Virus record (IMG/VR): IMGVR_UViG_3300028914_000024
Location: 1 to 41,426 of that record
Strand: one strand, 5' to 3'
DNA from: a virus
Length of the DNA: 41,426 nt
A program made the position numbers and the translations under genes. The notes under the pieces are model-generated. The model saw nothing but the letters and a program-made list of their open reading frames with translations. It ran no database searches and was not told the origin of the DNA. This document shows positions 9,926 through 17,733 of this stretch, piece by piece. Within the stretch, counting starts at the first letter, position 1, and every line of letters starts with the position of its first letter.

Positions 9926-10846
9926 TTATAAACTTGGTGTGCTTTGTGGTTTAAGACTTGCAAATGGAAATCTTGCACTTGTTTCGTTTTCAGCATTTAC
10001 AGGGTTTGGAATTTCCCAACCTAATCTCATAACAACACGAAGTGCTACCATATCGTCTTGTGCTAAGTTGTAAAGAATTGAACCATCGCTTGGGTCTTGG
10101 ATAACTGCTTCAGTTAATACTTTATAAGTTATATCTTGTCTTATAGAGTAAACAGCTTGTGAGAAATCACCAACAATTAATGTTGATTTAGTCTTATCCC
10201 AAACTCCATTGTCCATAAATTCTCTACGAATTGAACCTATTTCAGTTGTATTTAATGGTTGACCAGTTGTATCAAGCATCATTCTAAATTTACCTTTAAG
10301 TCCTGTTCCGCCTAAGATACCATTTACATTGTATCCGCTTTCTTCAACTTTTACCATAACATCGTTAATGTCACTATATAATCCGTTGCTAGTTTCATTA
10401 ACTTCAGCACCTACTGTTGTGATACTAGGAACTAGTCCAGCTCTCCAATCAGTTGGTTTGTCAACACCAAAGAACATAGCATTGTCTATTTTCTTAGCAA
10501 ATGCTTCTTCAACTCTTGGTCTTACTGTTGCCCAAATATCTATTGAGCTATCATTTAATAAGTTTTCTTTAATTGGAACGATTACTGCTAATTCAGCAAT
10601 GTTGATATATTTCTTATCCCAAGCCAATTTTGTAATGTTTTTTCTACCATTATTTGATGTTTCATCAACGAAATAAGCAACTGGTAGACTGTCTAATACT
10701 CTTAATTTCGTTTTGTCTGATGTTGCATTTGGTAGTCTTTTAAACATACTTAATGCTTTAGATTGTCTAATTGTTCCTTCAAATATTTCGTTAGCAACTT
10801 GAGTTTCAATTAGAGCATCTACATCAGTTCTTGCAATTCCTGCCAT
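9926..10846 (-). CDS. Major capsid protein
   Basis: 306 aa, directly after the scaffold gene with a strong RBS. Size and position fit HK97-fold capsid proteins of Firmicute siphophages. Confidence 0.8.
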   Translation of the reverse strand: MAGIARTDVDALIETQVANEIFEGTIRQSKALSMFKRLPNATSDKTKLRVLDSLPVAYFVDETSNNGRKNITKLAWDKKYINIAELAVIVPIKENLLNDSSIDIWATVRPRVEEAFAKKIDNAMFFGVDKPTDWRAGLVPSITTVGAEVNETSNGLYSDINDVMVKVEESGYNVNGILGGTGLKGKFRMMLDTTGQPLNTTEIGSIRREFMDNGVWDKTKSTLIVGDFSQAVYSIRQDITYKVLTEAVIQDPSDGSILYNLAQDDMVALRVVMRLGWEIPNPVNAENETSARFPFASLKPQSTPSL

Positions 10847-10866
10847 TTAAAATCTCTCCTTTTCTT

Positions 10867-11349
10867 TTAATTGTTTACTGCACCACGAAGTATATCGTTC
10901 ATTATGTCGTTTGTACTTTGTGGTTTGTTTTCACCTGTATTTAAACTAGGTGATGATTGCACTTTTTTTACAACAGTATCTCCAAAATATTGTGGATTTT
11001 CTTTTTTGTAATTTGCAAGTGCGGTTACAAAGTCGGTGTCATCATTTACTTTTGACATAACTTCATTCTTAACAAATTTAGAAAACTCAGATTTTACTTT
11101 GCTACCACTCATTTGAATTTCAGCTTTTAAATCTTTATTTTCGTTTGTTAAGTTTTGTAAGTTTTCTAAAGACTTATTGCCATCCTCAATCTTACCATTC
11201 AAATCTTTAACTTGAGTTTCATAGTCGGCTACTTTGGTTTTGTATTCCTCTATTTGTTCTCTTAACCCTGTCACATTTTTGCCATATTCCGCCATAATGG
11301 TATCAATTGTTTCTTTGTCTAATTCCAAGCCTTTTAGAAATTCTCTCAT
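10867..11349 (-). CDS. Scaffolding protein (GP20-like)
   Basis: Coiled-coil 160-aa protein (LREQIEEYKTKVADYETQVKDLNGKIEDGNKSLENLQNL...) immediately upstream of the capsid gene. Confidence 0.8.
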   Translation of the reverse strand: MREFLKGLELDKETIDTIMAEYGKNVTGLREQIEEYKTKVADYETQVKDLNGKIEDGNKSLENLQNLTNENKDLKAEIQMSGSKVKSEFSKFVKNEVMSKVNDDTDFVTALANYKKENPQYFGDTVVKKVQSSPSLNTGENKPQSTNDIMNDILRGAVNN

Positions 11350-11427
11350 ATATATCTCCTCCTATCGTTATTTTTACGAGCCACGAACTCGTGAGAATTG
11401 ATATAAGTTGTTTCCAACTCTAATATA

Positions 11428-11455
11428 ATTATAACACAAAATAAAAAAAGTGCAA
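11428..11455 (-). promoter_or_regulatory. Sigma-A-type promoter for the scaffold/capsid operon
   Basis: Minus strand TTGCAC-16 nt-TGtTATAAT (extended -10), directly after terminator 11443..11464. Confidence 0.55.
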
Positions 11456-11464
11456 ATGCACTTT
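11443..11464 (-). terminator. Intrinsic terminator
   Basis: Minus strand AAAGUGC-AUUU-GCACUUU followed by a U-run; overlaps the stop of the 55-aa HTH ORF. Confidence 0.6.
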
Positions 11465-11630
11465 ATTTTTTAATATTTTCATATTTAGAAATAATTGCAT
11501 CATACACTTTTTTTTCGTTAGCGGATGTTGTCTTACCCTTTAATAAATTAGACCTATCTATTTTAAGTTCTCTGCAAACTTGAGCTATTGATATTTTGCT
11601 TAATTGTTTAATCTTATCAAGATAATTCAT
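11463..11630 (-). CDS. Small XRE-like HTH protein (55 aa, below ORF-track cutoff)
   Basis: Translated by hand: MNYLDKIKQLSKISIAQVCRELKIDRSNLLKGKTTSANEKKVYDAIISKYENIKK. ATG overlaps the upstream stop (TAATG). Confidence 0.6.
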   Translation of the reverse strand: MNYLDKIKQLSKISIAQVCRELKIDRSNLLKGKTTSANEKKVYDAIISKYENIKK

Positions 11631-12016
11631 TATTGCACCTCTATACTTGAAAATTCTCTTAAATCTATAGCATCTTTTAATTCTTGTAAATCTTGACCCA
11701 TTGTTGTTCCTTTAAAAAATTCAATAACTCTTTGTTTTTCACCTTTTTTAAATCTAGTAATATTATGTATATCTTTGTAATTTTCAATAAATCTATTAGC
11801 TTCGTCATAAAATATTGATGCAACTGCACCTCTCATACAAGTTTGGTATGTATAACATTCCCAAGTTCTATTTAAGTATTTTACTCTATGAGGTTCATAA
11901 TCATAGCTATTTTTAAACACTGTTGTTTTATGACCCCATCCGTTACTATTAGACCAACTTTCATTTACAAATTTCCAAATATTACCACTTTTACATTTTT
12001 TAAATCTGATTTCCAT
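11630..12016 (-). CDS. Hypothetical protein
   Basis: 128-aa ORF coupled to neighbours. No motif recognised. Confidence 0.6.
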   Translation of the reverse strand: MEIRFKKCKSGNIWKFVNESWSNSNGWGHKTTVFKNSYDYEPHRVKYLNRTWECYTYQTCMRGAVASIFYDEANRFIENYKDIHNITRFKKGEKQRVIEFFKGTTMGQDLQELKDAIDLREFSSIEVQ

Positions 12017-12243
12017 TATTCCACCTCCTTATAATTTCCCTCTAATATGTATCTAACGATATATTCTCTATCACACAAAATTCCTATCCAATCGTCAATT
12101 TCAATTGTGTCTTCGTCATAATCACCATATTGGATAACAATTGGCTTATCTGTTTTGTTTTCAATATCATACACGAAATCCCAGCCTTTATTATCTTGCC
12201 ATATTATAAATGTGTCTGCTTCAAATACTTTTTCTAATTTCAT
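12016..12243 (-). CDS. Hypothetical protein (start trimmed to ATG at 12243)
   Basis: AAGGAGGT RBS lies 8 nt upstream of the ATG at 12243. The longer ORF would overlap the upstream gene. Confidence 0.6.
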   Translation of the reverse strand: MKLEKVFEADTFIIWQDNKGWDFVYDIENKTDKPIVIQYGDYDEDTIEIDDWIGILCDREYIVRYILEGNYKEVE

Positions 12244-12256
12244 CTTTATTACCTCC

Positions 12257-12484
12257 TTAATATATATTTTCACATAGAATGTTATATGCTTTTTCGTATT
12301 CCTCATAATTGCCTTCAGCTTTTTTAAGCTCAGGATTATGATAATTATTTTCTTTTTTGTATTCTTCTAAAACTTTGTTGTATTCTTCACCTTGTAAAAC
12401 ACTTATGATGTCTAATACAAGTTCTAATTTATCTTCTCTAGGCAAACTCATCATTTTTTCTTCAATTTCTTCAAATAAATCCAT
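12257..12484 (-). CDS. Hypothetical acidic protein
   Basis: 75-aa ORF in a dense minus-strand array. Confidence 0.55.
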   Translation of the reverse strand: MDLFEEIEEKMMSLPREDKLELVLDIISVLQGEEYNKVLEEYKKENNYHNPELKKAEGNYEEYEKAYNILCENIY

Positions 12485-12498
12485 TGCTTACCCCCTTT

Positions 12499-12711
12499 TT
12501 AAACTAAAATTGTTTTTATTTTTTCTATTTGTCTTATGTACTTGTACCAAGTTTGATGTAAACTTGTACTTAATATTGTTTTGTTGTTTTTTGTTATTTC
12601 ATAGAATTTGCTTTTTCTTCTAACACCTTTAAATTCAACTTGAGTAATAATAAAGTTGTAAACATCTTTTCCTGCAACATATTCTTTGTTATAAATTTCG
12701 TATGTACTCAT
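12499..12711 (-). CDS. Hypothetical protein
   Basis: 70-aa ORF, coupled to the downstream ORF. Confidence 0.55.
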   Translation of the reverse strand: MSTYEIYNKEYVAGKDVYNFIITQVEFKGVRRKSKFYEITKNNKTILSTSLHQTWYKYIRQIEKIKTILV

Positions 12712-12926
12712 TATAATTCCTCCTTTTCAATAATTCGGCTCATAACACCATATTCCATATTCTCCCATAGCTCATATGTTTCGTTGCCAAATTTGTAAGT
12801 TGCTACCCAATAGTCACCATTCCATTCACCTTTAATATGTTTGCCATAATCTCTAATAGCCACCCACATTGCTATATTTCGTTCTTTTTCTTTACCTTGA
12901 CTATATCTTATTTCATATTTTTTCAT
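12711..12926 (-). CDS. Hypothetical protein
   Basis: 71-aa ORF just downstream of promoter 12975..13003, with an RBS (GAAGGAAGG). Confidence 0.6.
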   Translation of the reverse strand: MKKYEIRYSQGKEKERNIAMWVAIRDYGKHIKGEWNGDYWVATYKFGNETYELWENMEYGVMSRIIEKEEL

Positions 12927-12974
12927 TTCAATCTACCTTCCTTCACAAACCCTTTTTCGTGTTTGTTGATATAA

Positions 12975-13003
12975 TAATACCACAAAAGAGGGTATTTGTC
13001 AAC
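12975..13003 (-). promoter_or_regulatory. Sigma-A-type promoter
   Basis: Minus strand TTGACA-17 nt-TATTAT. Confidence 0.65.
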
Positions 13004-13004
13004 A

Positions 13005-13033
13005 AAAAAAGAAGAAATTTTAATTTCCTCTTA
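13005..13033 (-). terminator. Intrinsic terminator
   Basis: Minus strand AAGAGGAAAU-UAAA-AUUUCUUCUU (one G-U pair) followed by U7; overlaps the stop of 13020..13220. Confidence 0.6.
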
Positions 13034-13220
13034 ATTTGTTTACTTTTGCCTTATATTGTCCAGGTATATTTCTTGATAACAATTCATCCGCTTCGTCATC
13101 ACTCATCTTCTTTACTATCTCGTCTTGTTCCTTGACTAATTCACTAATTTCTTTGTCATCACCTTTTGACAATATAAGTTTTGAAATCTTTTTTGTTATT
13201 TCGTCAAATTCTTTTAACAT
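13020..13220 (-). CDS. Hypothetical coiled-coil protein
   Basis: 66-aa ORF immediately after 13222..14673. Confidence 0.55.
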   Translation of the reverse strand: MLKEFDEITKKISKLILSKGDDKEISELVKEQDEIVKKMSDDEADELLSRNIPGQYKAKVNKLRGN

Positions 13221-13221
13221 A

Positions 13222-14673
13222 TTATTTACCTCCCTTGCTCATATCTTTAAAATCACTAAATGACATATCACTACCTGGATGTTCTTTTAAGTATTTCTTA
13301 TATGCATTCTTTTTTAATCTATCGTATAGTTTTGCACTTTCTCTACCTATTAGGCTTGTATATGTTTGGAATACTCTATCGTCACTAAAGTTTTTGCCTT
13401 TAGGGTTTATCTTTAAGCTATCTAAGAAATCTCTTTGCTCATCATAGTATATCATATAACTACCGCCTTTTGCAAGAGTTTCACCAGCTCTCCACATTGT
13501 TGGCTCGTTCATATGTTCCATTTGTTCAACAAAATCTTGTGGGTTGTCGTAATAATCTAGTATGTGAGCTTGTATGTTTTCACTTACTTCTTTTCTATTT
13601 GATGTGCCTTGAGTTTTTATCTCAGTTCTTTTTGGCAAATCTTCTTTAACTTTGTCCTTAGATGCACCGCTTCGTATTTTTTCATTCATATAATCACTTG
13701 TTGTTTTTGTCTCTTTATAATTTGTTTGATTTTTAGATGCATCGTATTTATCATTCATAATAAGAGTTTCGTGTTGCCAATCGTATATGCTTTCTTGATT
13801 ATATTTGTACATTAATTCTTTTGCATCGTCTAAGTTATCCGTATGGAAACTAGCCTCAGCATCACCGCCATATTTACCTGCATATACTTTGCCATCACAT
13901 TTGTCACGACATTCAGCAACTTTTTGAGCATATTCTTCATCACTATAAGTATCACTTGATTGTTGGAATGATACACTATAGCCTTTTTCAAAGCTAACGG
14001 GTTTTCCTGTTTCAACATCTAAAGTTACATTATCTTCTTTAGAGTTCTTTGCTACATCTGTTATTTTATCTCTATAGTTAGTTTTATCTTCTTTATCCCA
14101 ATAGTCTTTTATTTTGTTTTTGGTGCTTTCGTCTAATTCTTTGTTTATTATTTCATCTCTAGTATTTTTATCTTTGAGTTTATCTCTCCAAGATGCATCT
14201 CTTTTGGCACTTAATTCGTTTAATTTCTTTTCATCCTCAACTGTGTTCCCGCCAAACTCATCATATGCCTTTTCCATTTTTTTTCTATGTTCATTAAATT
14301 CTTTATCCGCTTTGTCAAATTCCGTTTCTCTTGTTTTTCCATTCTGCACATATTTATCACGAATACTAGCCCAATATTGTCTTTCAGTAGGTTGCATATT
14401 CTCTGATTGTTCTAGTTTGCTCACTGCTAAATTGTATTTATCATAATCACTTAAATCTTTGGTGTCCTCGTCTAATTTAGAGATTATTTCTTGTCTTTTA
14501 TCCATCGTTTCATTTATTTTTTTGCCTTTTTCTTCTTCAGTTAATTCTTCTTTTTTCTTTTTCTTGAATTTGCCACTTTCTTTCATAGCACTTGCTAAGT
14601 CTTGACCATCTTTAATAAATACCTTACGACCGCCGATAGTTCTCCATACACCACCTATATCATCTTTTGCCAT
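13222..14673 (-). CDS. Large charged polyvalent-type protein with N-terminal WxTIxGxxVFI motif
   Basis: 483 aa, K/E/D-rich. N-terminus GGVWRTIGGRKVFIKDGQDLASAM parallels the N-terminus of ORF 30255..30836. Confidence 0.7.
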   Translation of the reverse strand: MAKDDIGGVWRTIGGRKVFIKDGQDLASAMKESGKFKKKKKEELTEEEKGKKINETMDKRQEIISKLDEDTKDLSDYDKYNLAVSKLEQSENMQPTERQYWASIRDKYVQNGKTRETEFDKADKEFNEHRKKMEKAYDEFGGNTVEDEKKLNELSAKRDASWRDKLKDKNTRDEIINKELDESTKNKIKDYWDKEDKTNYRDKITDVAKNSKEDNVTLDVETGKPVSFEKGYSVSFQQSSDTYSDEEYAQKVAECRDKCDGKVYAGKYGGDAEASFHTDNLDDAKELMYKYNQESIYDWQHETLIMNDKYDASKNQTNYKETKTTSDYMNEKIRSGASKDKVKEDLPKRTEIKTQGTSNRKEVSENIQAHILDYYDNPQDFVEQMEHMNEPTMWRAGETLAKGGSYMIYYDEQRDFLDSLKINPKGKNFSDDRVFQTYTSLIGRESAKLYDRLKKNAYKKYLKEHPGSDMSFSDFKDMSKGGK

Positions 14674-14699
14674 AATTTTTCCTCCTTTTCATTTGCAAT

Positions 14700-14728
14700 A
14701 CTATAACATAGTTTTTTGTTTTTGTAAA
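14700..14728 (-). promoter_or_regulatory. Sigma-A-type promoter
   Basis: Minus strand TTTACA-17 nt-TGtTATAGT, directly downstream of the tRNA. Confidence 0.55.
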
Positions 14729-14733
14729 ATAAT

Positions 14734-14807
14734 TGGCACAGGTTAGTGGATTTGAACCACTATCAATAGTTTTGGAGACTATTATGCTACCATTACACCA
14801 AACCCAT
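14734..14807 (-). tRNA. trnW: tRNA-Trp (anticodon CCA), CCA end encoded
   Basis: Hand-folded cloverleaf. Acceptor ATGGGTT/AACCTGT has two G-U pairs. D-loop AATGGTA, anticodon arm ATAGT-CTCCAAA-ACTAT, T arm AGTGG-TTCAAAT-CCACT. A1-U72 and G73 match bacterial Trp identity. Confidence 0.9.
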
Positions 14808-14817
14808 ATAAGCAAGA

Positions 14818-15999
14818 TTATTTCTTGCTTTTTTTCTTTTTAGTAACTTTGTTTAATTCTTCAGCAATTACTTTAACATCTTCTAGTTCTAGTTTGATTG
14901 GTTTTACCTCTTCAAGAATTTCAACCGCATTGTGTTCCTTTAAGTATTCAGCTCTTTCTTTTTCACATTCCCATTCACTTTTGTTTGCTACTCTTAGTTC
15001 TTTCCCCTCTACATCTTGAAAGTTAATTAATGCTCTTACTCTTACCATTTTTTCTTCTTCCTCCTTATAGTCTTTAATTATTTTTTCTTTATCTATCTTA
15101 CCAGTATAATCTAAAAACTTTAACCAATCTTCTAAAGAATGATTATCATACTCTTTGCATATTGGTATTGTTAATATCTTTTTTATATCAAAGTTCATAT
15201 CTAATGGTACAACATAACCATTTACACCATCTTTAATAAGTTCAGTACAACCACCTACATCTGTTACTATACAAGGCACTTTATACTGTAAGCTCTCTTG
15301 AACTGTGTAGGGCAAACCTTCACTATCACTAAGTAAAACAGTGTAATCGGCATCTGCTAAGTAATCCCATATGTCATATCTTTGTTTCCAAAAATGTACC
15401 TCTTCATAATCACATTTATACATCGTTGAATTTGTAAATATATTCCATTCAAATTTTATTCTTGCTTTCTTCATCATATCCATAAGTTTTAAGCATCTAT
15501 TCCAACCTTTGGCTGGGTCTAATCTAGTACAGCTAATTAGATGCAATACTTTATTTGTTTCCCTTTTTGGCAGTAATATATTTTTAATTGTTGTTGGATG
15601 GTCGTGCAATACCTCATCACTCATTTTACTAACAAATTCACCACAACCAACAATTTCTTTTATTCCCATATCGGCATATTGTTGATATAATAAGCCTTTA
15701 TCTAACAAATATTTATAATTAGCGTGTCGCATCTCTATCATTCTTTTAGCTTTTATATTTTTAGGTATTGTACCCCATACACTATTGCGGATGAAAATAT
15801 CACATTCATAAGTTTTGCCTTCTTCATACTTTTCCATCTTTGCAAGTTTAGACATTTTTCTAAGCCTTATATCGTCACCACCGCAATACAATATTGTTAT
15901 ATCAAAAAAATTTCTTAACCACCAACACCAATTATATGCCATTGTTTCCACTCCACCAATTTGGCAAAAATGTGATTGATAAAATATTATTTTTTTCAT
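14818..15999 (-). CDS. Glycosyltransferase, GT-B fold (GT4/group-1-like) with a C-terminal extension of about 85 aa
   Basis: Motif SDSEGLPYTVQESLQYKVPCIVTDVGGCTELIKDGVNGYVV is typical of group-1 GTs. Start overlaps the upstream stop (ATGA). Confidence 0.8.
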   Translation of the reverse strand: MKKIIFYQSHFCQIGGVETMAYNWCWWLRNFFDITILYCGGDDIRLRKMSKLAKMEKYEEGKTYECDIFIRNSVWGTIPKNIKAKRMIEMRHANYKYLLDKGLLYQQYADMGIKEIVGCGEFVSKMSDEVLHDHPTTIKNILLPKRETNKVLHLISCTRLDPAKGWNRCLKLMDMMKKARIKFEWNIFTNSTMYKCDYEEVHFWKQRYDIWDYLADADYTVLLSDSEGLPYTVQESLQYKVPCIVTDVGGCTELIKDGVNGYVVPLDMNFDIKKILTIPICKEYDNHSLEDWLKFLDYTGKIDKEKIIKDYKEEEEKMVRVRALINFQDVEGKELRVANKSEWECEKERAEYLKEHNAVEILEEVKPIKLELEDVKVIAEELNKVTKKKKSKK

Positions 16000-16610
16000 T
16001 GATTAGCACCCCAACTTCCAAACATAAGGTGTCGTGTATATACTTCATCATCAATTTCTTCACTATAGCATAAAGTCTTTCTAGGATAAATAGCCATATT
16101 GTCTTTTTCTTGATATTCCGCTCTATCTCTATCAAAATATTTGCCTATTATATCACTCATTATCATTGTGTTAGTTTCATACTCGTGCCAATTTTCGTGT
16201 GTTTGAAAAGTCTTATTATTATAAACATCTAACATTTCTTTTATTAATTCATTGTTCTTACAAGCACCCATTGTTGCAGTTACAGGATAGTGTTGTTGTT
16301 CAAACCCTGTAAAAAAGCTATGCTTTAAGAACTTGTCTAAAGCCCCATACACTATAACATCAGTATCCATATAAATTCCGCCATAATTATATAAAGCCCA
16401 TAATCTTGCAACGTCAGACACATATGCCCATTTCTTATTATCATAAGCATCTTTTACATATTGATTATAATTAATATTAAAATTATTTTCATTTATTTCA
16501 ATGTATTCCCAATCTGGCATATACTCTTTCCAAGTCTTAATGCAGTTTAATATAGGTTCTGGCTTGTCTTTGCCACCAAACCAGCAATATATAATTCTTT
16601 TAGGTATCAA
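15996..16610 (-). CDS. Glycosyltransferase with DXD motif (GT32 / Gly_transf_sug-like)
   Basis: IPKRIIYCWFGG ... YVSDVARLWALYNYGGIYMDTDV signature. Likely TTG start at 16610 after AGGTGAT (the ORF track extends to 16619). Confidence 0.8.
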   Translation of the reverse strand: MIPKRIIYCWFGGKDKPEPILNCIKTWKEYMPDWEYIEINENNFNINYNQYVKDAYDNKKWAYVSDVARLWALYNYGGIYMDTDVIVYGALDKFLKHSFFTGFEQQHYPVTATMGACKNNELIKEMLDVYNNKTFQTHENWHEYETNTMIMSDIIGKYFDRDRAEYQEKDNMAIYPRKTLCYSEEIDDEVYTRHLMFGSWGANQ

Positions 16611-16635
16611 TTTTATCACCTAATATAATTATATC

Positions 16636-16666
16636 AAAAAAGGAAAAAGAGTGCAAATACACTCTT
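16636..16666 (-). terminator. Intrinsic terminator
   Basis: Minus strand AAGAGUG-UAUUUG-CACUCUU followed by a U-rich tract. Confidence 0.55.
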
Positions 16667-17111
16667 AACTTAATAGTGTGACATAGTTTTCTATAAACTC
16701 ATCATTCACTATAGCTCTTATGTTGTTCATATAGTCAGGTATTTCATAGATGTAACCTTTTCTTATTTCGTGTTCTACCATATCATTTGATACATCCAAG
16801 CCTGATGTTAGCCAAGTTTTAATATGTGCTATTGCATCTTGTACCTCTTTATCAGTTTCCTCATACATACCGCCCTTCATATAATCTGTTAGATTAACAT
16901 AGATTGTTATTCTATCACTATTATAATAATTTTGAATTTCTAAGATGTCTTTTTCTTCTCGTTTGTTATTAAACAATTTAGTTAATACATCTTCATACGA
17001 TAGAAAGTAACTTCTTTTTTTGACATCTTCATAATATGGAACATCCATTGATAGAACTAATACCTTGATTTCCCTCCTGTAAGATTTCAACATAATTTCT
17101 TGTTCTTCCAT
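16665..17111 (-). CDS. Hypothetical protein
   Basis: 148-aa ORF with AAGGAGG RBS, downstream of promoter 17189..17217. Confidence 0.65.
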   Translation of the reverse strand: MEEQEIMLKSYRREIKVLVLSMDVPYYEDVKKRSYFLSYEDVLTKLFNNKREEKDILEIQNYYNSDRITIYVNLTDYMKGGMYEETDKEVQDAIAHIKTWLTSGLDVSNDMVEHEIRKGYIYEIPDYMNNIRAIVNDEFIENYVTLLS

Positions 17112-17188
17112 TTTAAATCTACCTCCTTAAAAAATTGTTAAAGAACATATATAAAGATGGGCATAATTCCTCCTCTTTATATGACTAT

Positions 17189-17217
17189 ATTATACCACAA
17201 TTTAAAGCATTAGTAAA
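17189..17217 (-). promoter_or_regulatory. Sigma-A-type promoter (extended -10)
   Basis: Minus strand TTTACT-17 nt-TGgTATAAT. Confidence 0.55.
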
Positions 17218-17352
17218 ACGTAAACCATTTGACATTGAGGTTTACACCCTTATAAAATAAGGGTTTGCGAGGCAAAAATGCCTTGAAAAAAAATTTAATT
17301 TGTGATTTTAAGGTTTCAAGTGTAAACCGACTATATTTGACATAAACTTTAC

Positions 17353-17375
17353 AAAAAAAGAGAGGAAAACCTCTC
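17353..17375 (-). terminator. Intrinsic terminator
   Basis: Minus strand GAGAGG-UUUU-CCUCUC followed by U7, right after the stop of 17377..17733. Confidence 0.7.
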
Positions 17376-17376
17376 A

Positions 17377-17733
17377 TTATTTAACAAGCCAGACATCCTC
17401 AATTTCTCTTTCACGAGGGTCAAATGTGTCATAAACCACTCCATATTTTGAGCATAAAATATGAGATGGCACAGTTATTAATAATATGTTGTTTGGAAAC
17501 ATACCCGCTACCTGTCCAACTGTACCATAGACCCCATATAACCTTTTATATGTTCTATCTAAATAATTTCTTACAAATTCTCTTTTATCAAATAAAGTAC
17601 CTTCGTATTGTGCTATATCGCTCAAATAGTCATAAACATAATCCCAAGATTTATTTGTTGCACAACTTATTGCTCTTATAACACAATCATCTTCATATTT
17701 ATTTAATGGATTTCTATTATAGAACCTGTACAT
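17377..17733 (-). CDS. Putative papain-like Cys/His protein (function unknown)
   Basis: N-terminal DCVIRAISCA and distal SHILCSKYGVVYDTFD resemble a Cys...His dyad arrangement. Inference only. Confidence 0.35.
   Translation of the reverse strand: MYRFYNRNPLNKYEDDCVIRAISCATNKSWDYVYDYLSDIAQYEGTLFDKREFVRNYLDRTYKRLYGVYGTVGQVAGMFPNNILLITVPSHILCSKYGVVYDTFDPREREIEDVWLVK

Noticed and set aside
13830-14018. Nested minus-strand ORFs 13830..14018 and 15932..16135
   Set aside because: Both lie in alternative frames inside larger, well-supported genes (the polyvalent-type protein and the GT32/GT4 junction). They have no RBS and an implausible composition.
14734-14807. Suppressor tRNA or stop-codon recoding (for example TGA=Trp)
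   Set aside because: The anticodon is the standard CCA. All large genes are uninterrupted under the standard code, with dense end-to-end packing, so nothing suggests recoding.
17138-17164. Eight-codon upstream ORF (MPIFIYVL) with a strong RBS in the leader of 16665..17111
   Set aside because: It could be a leader peptide, but a single short ORF in AT-rich sequence is not sufficient evidence. It is noted only as part of the 17112..17376 control region.
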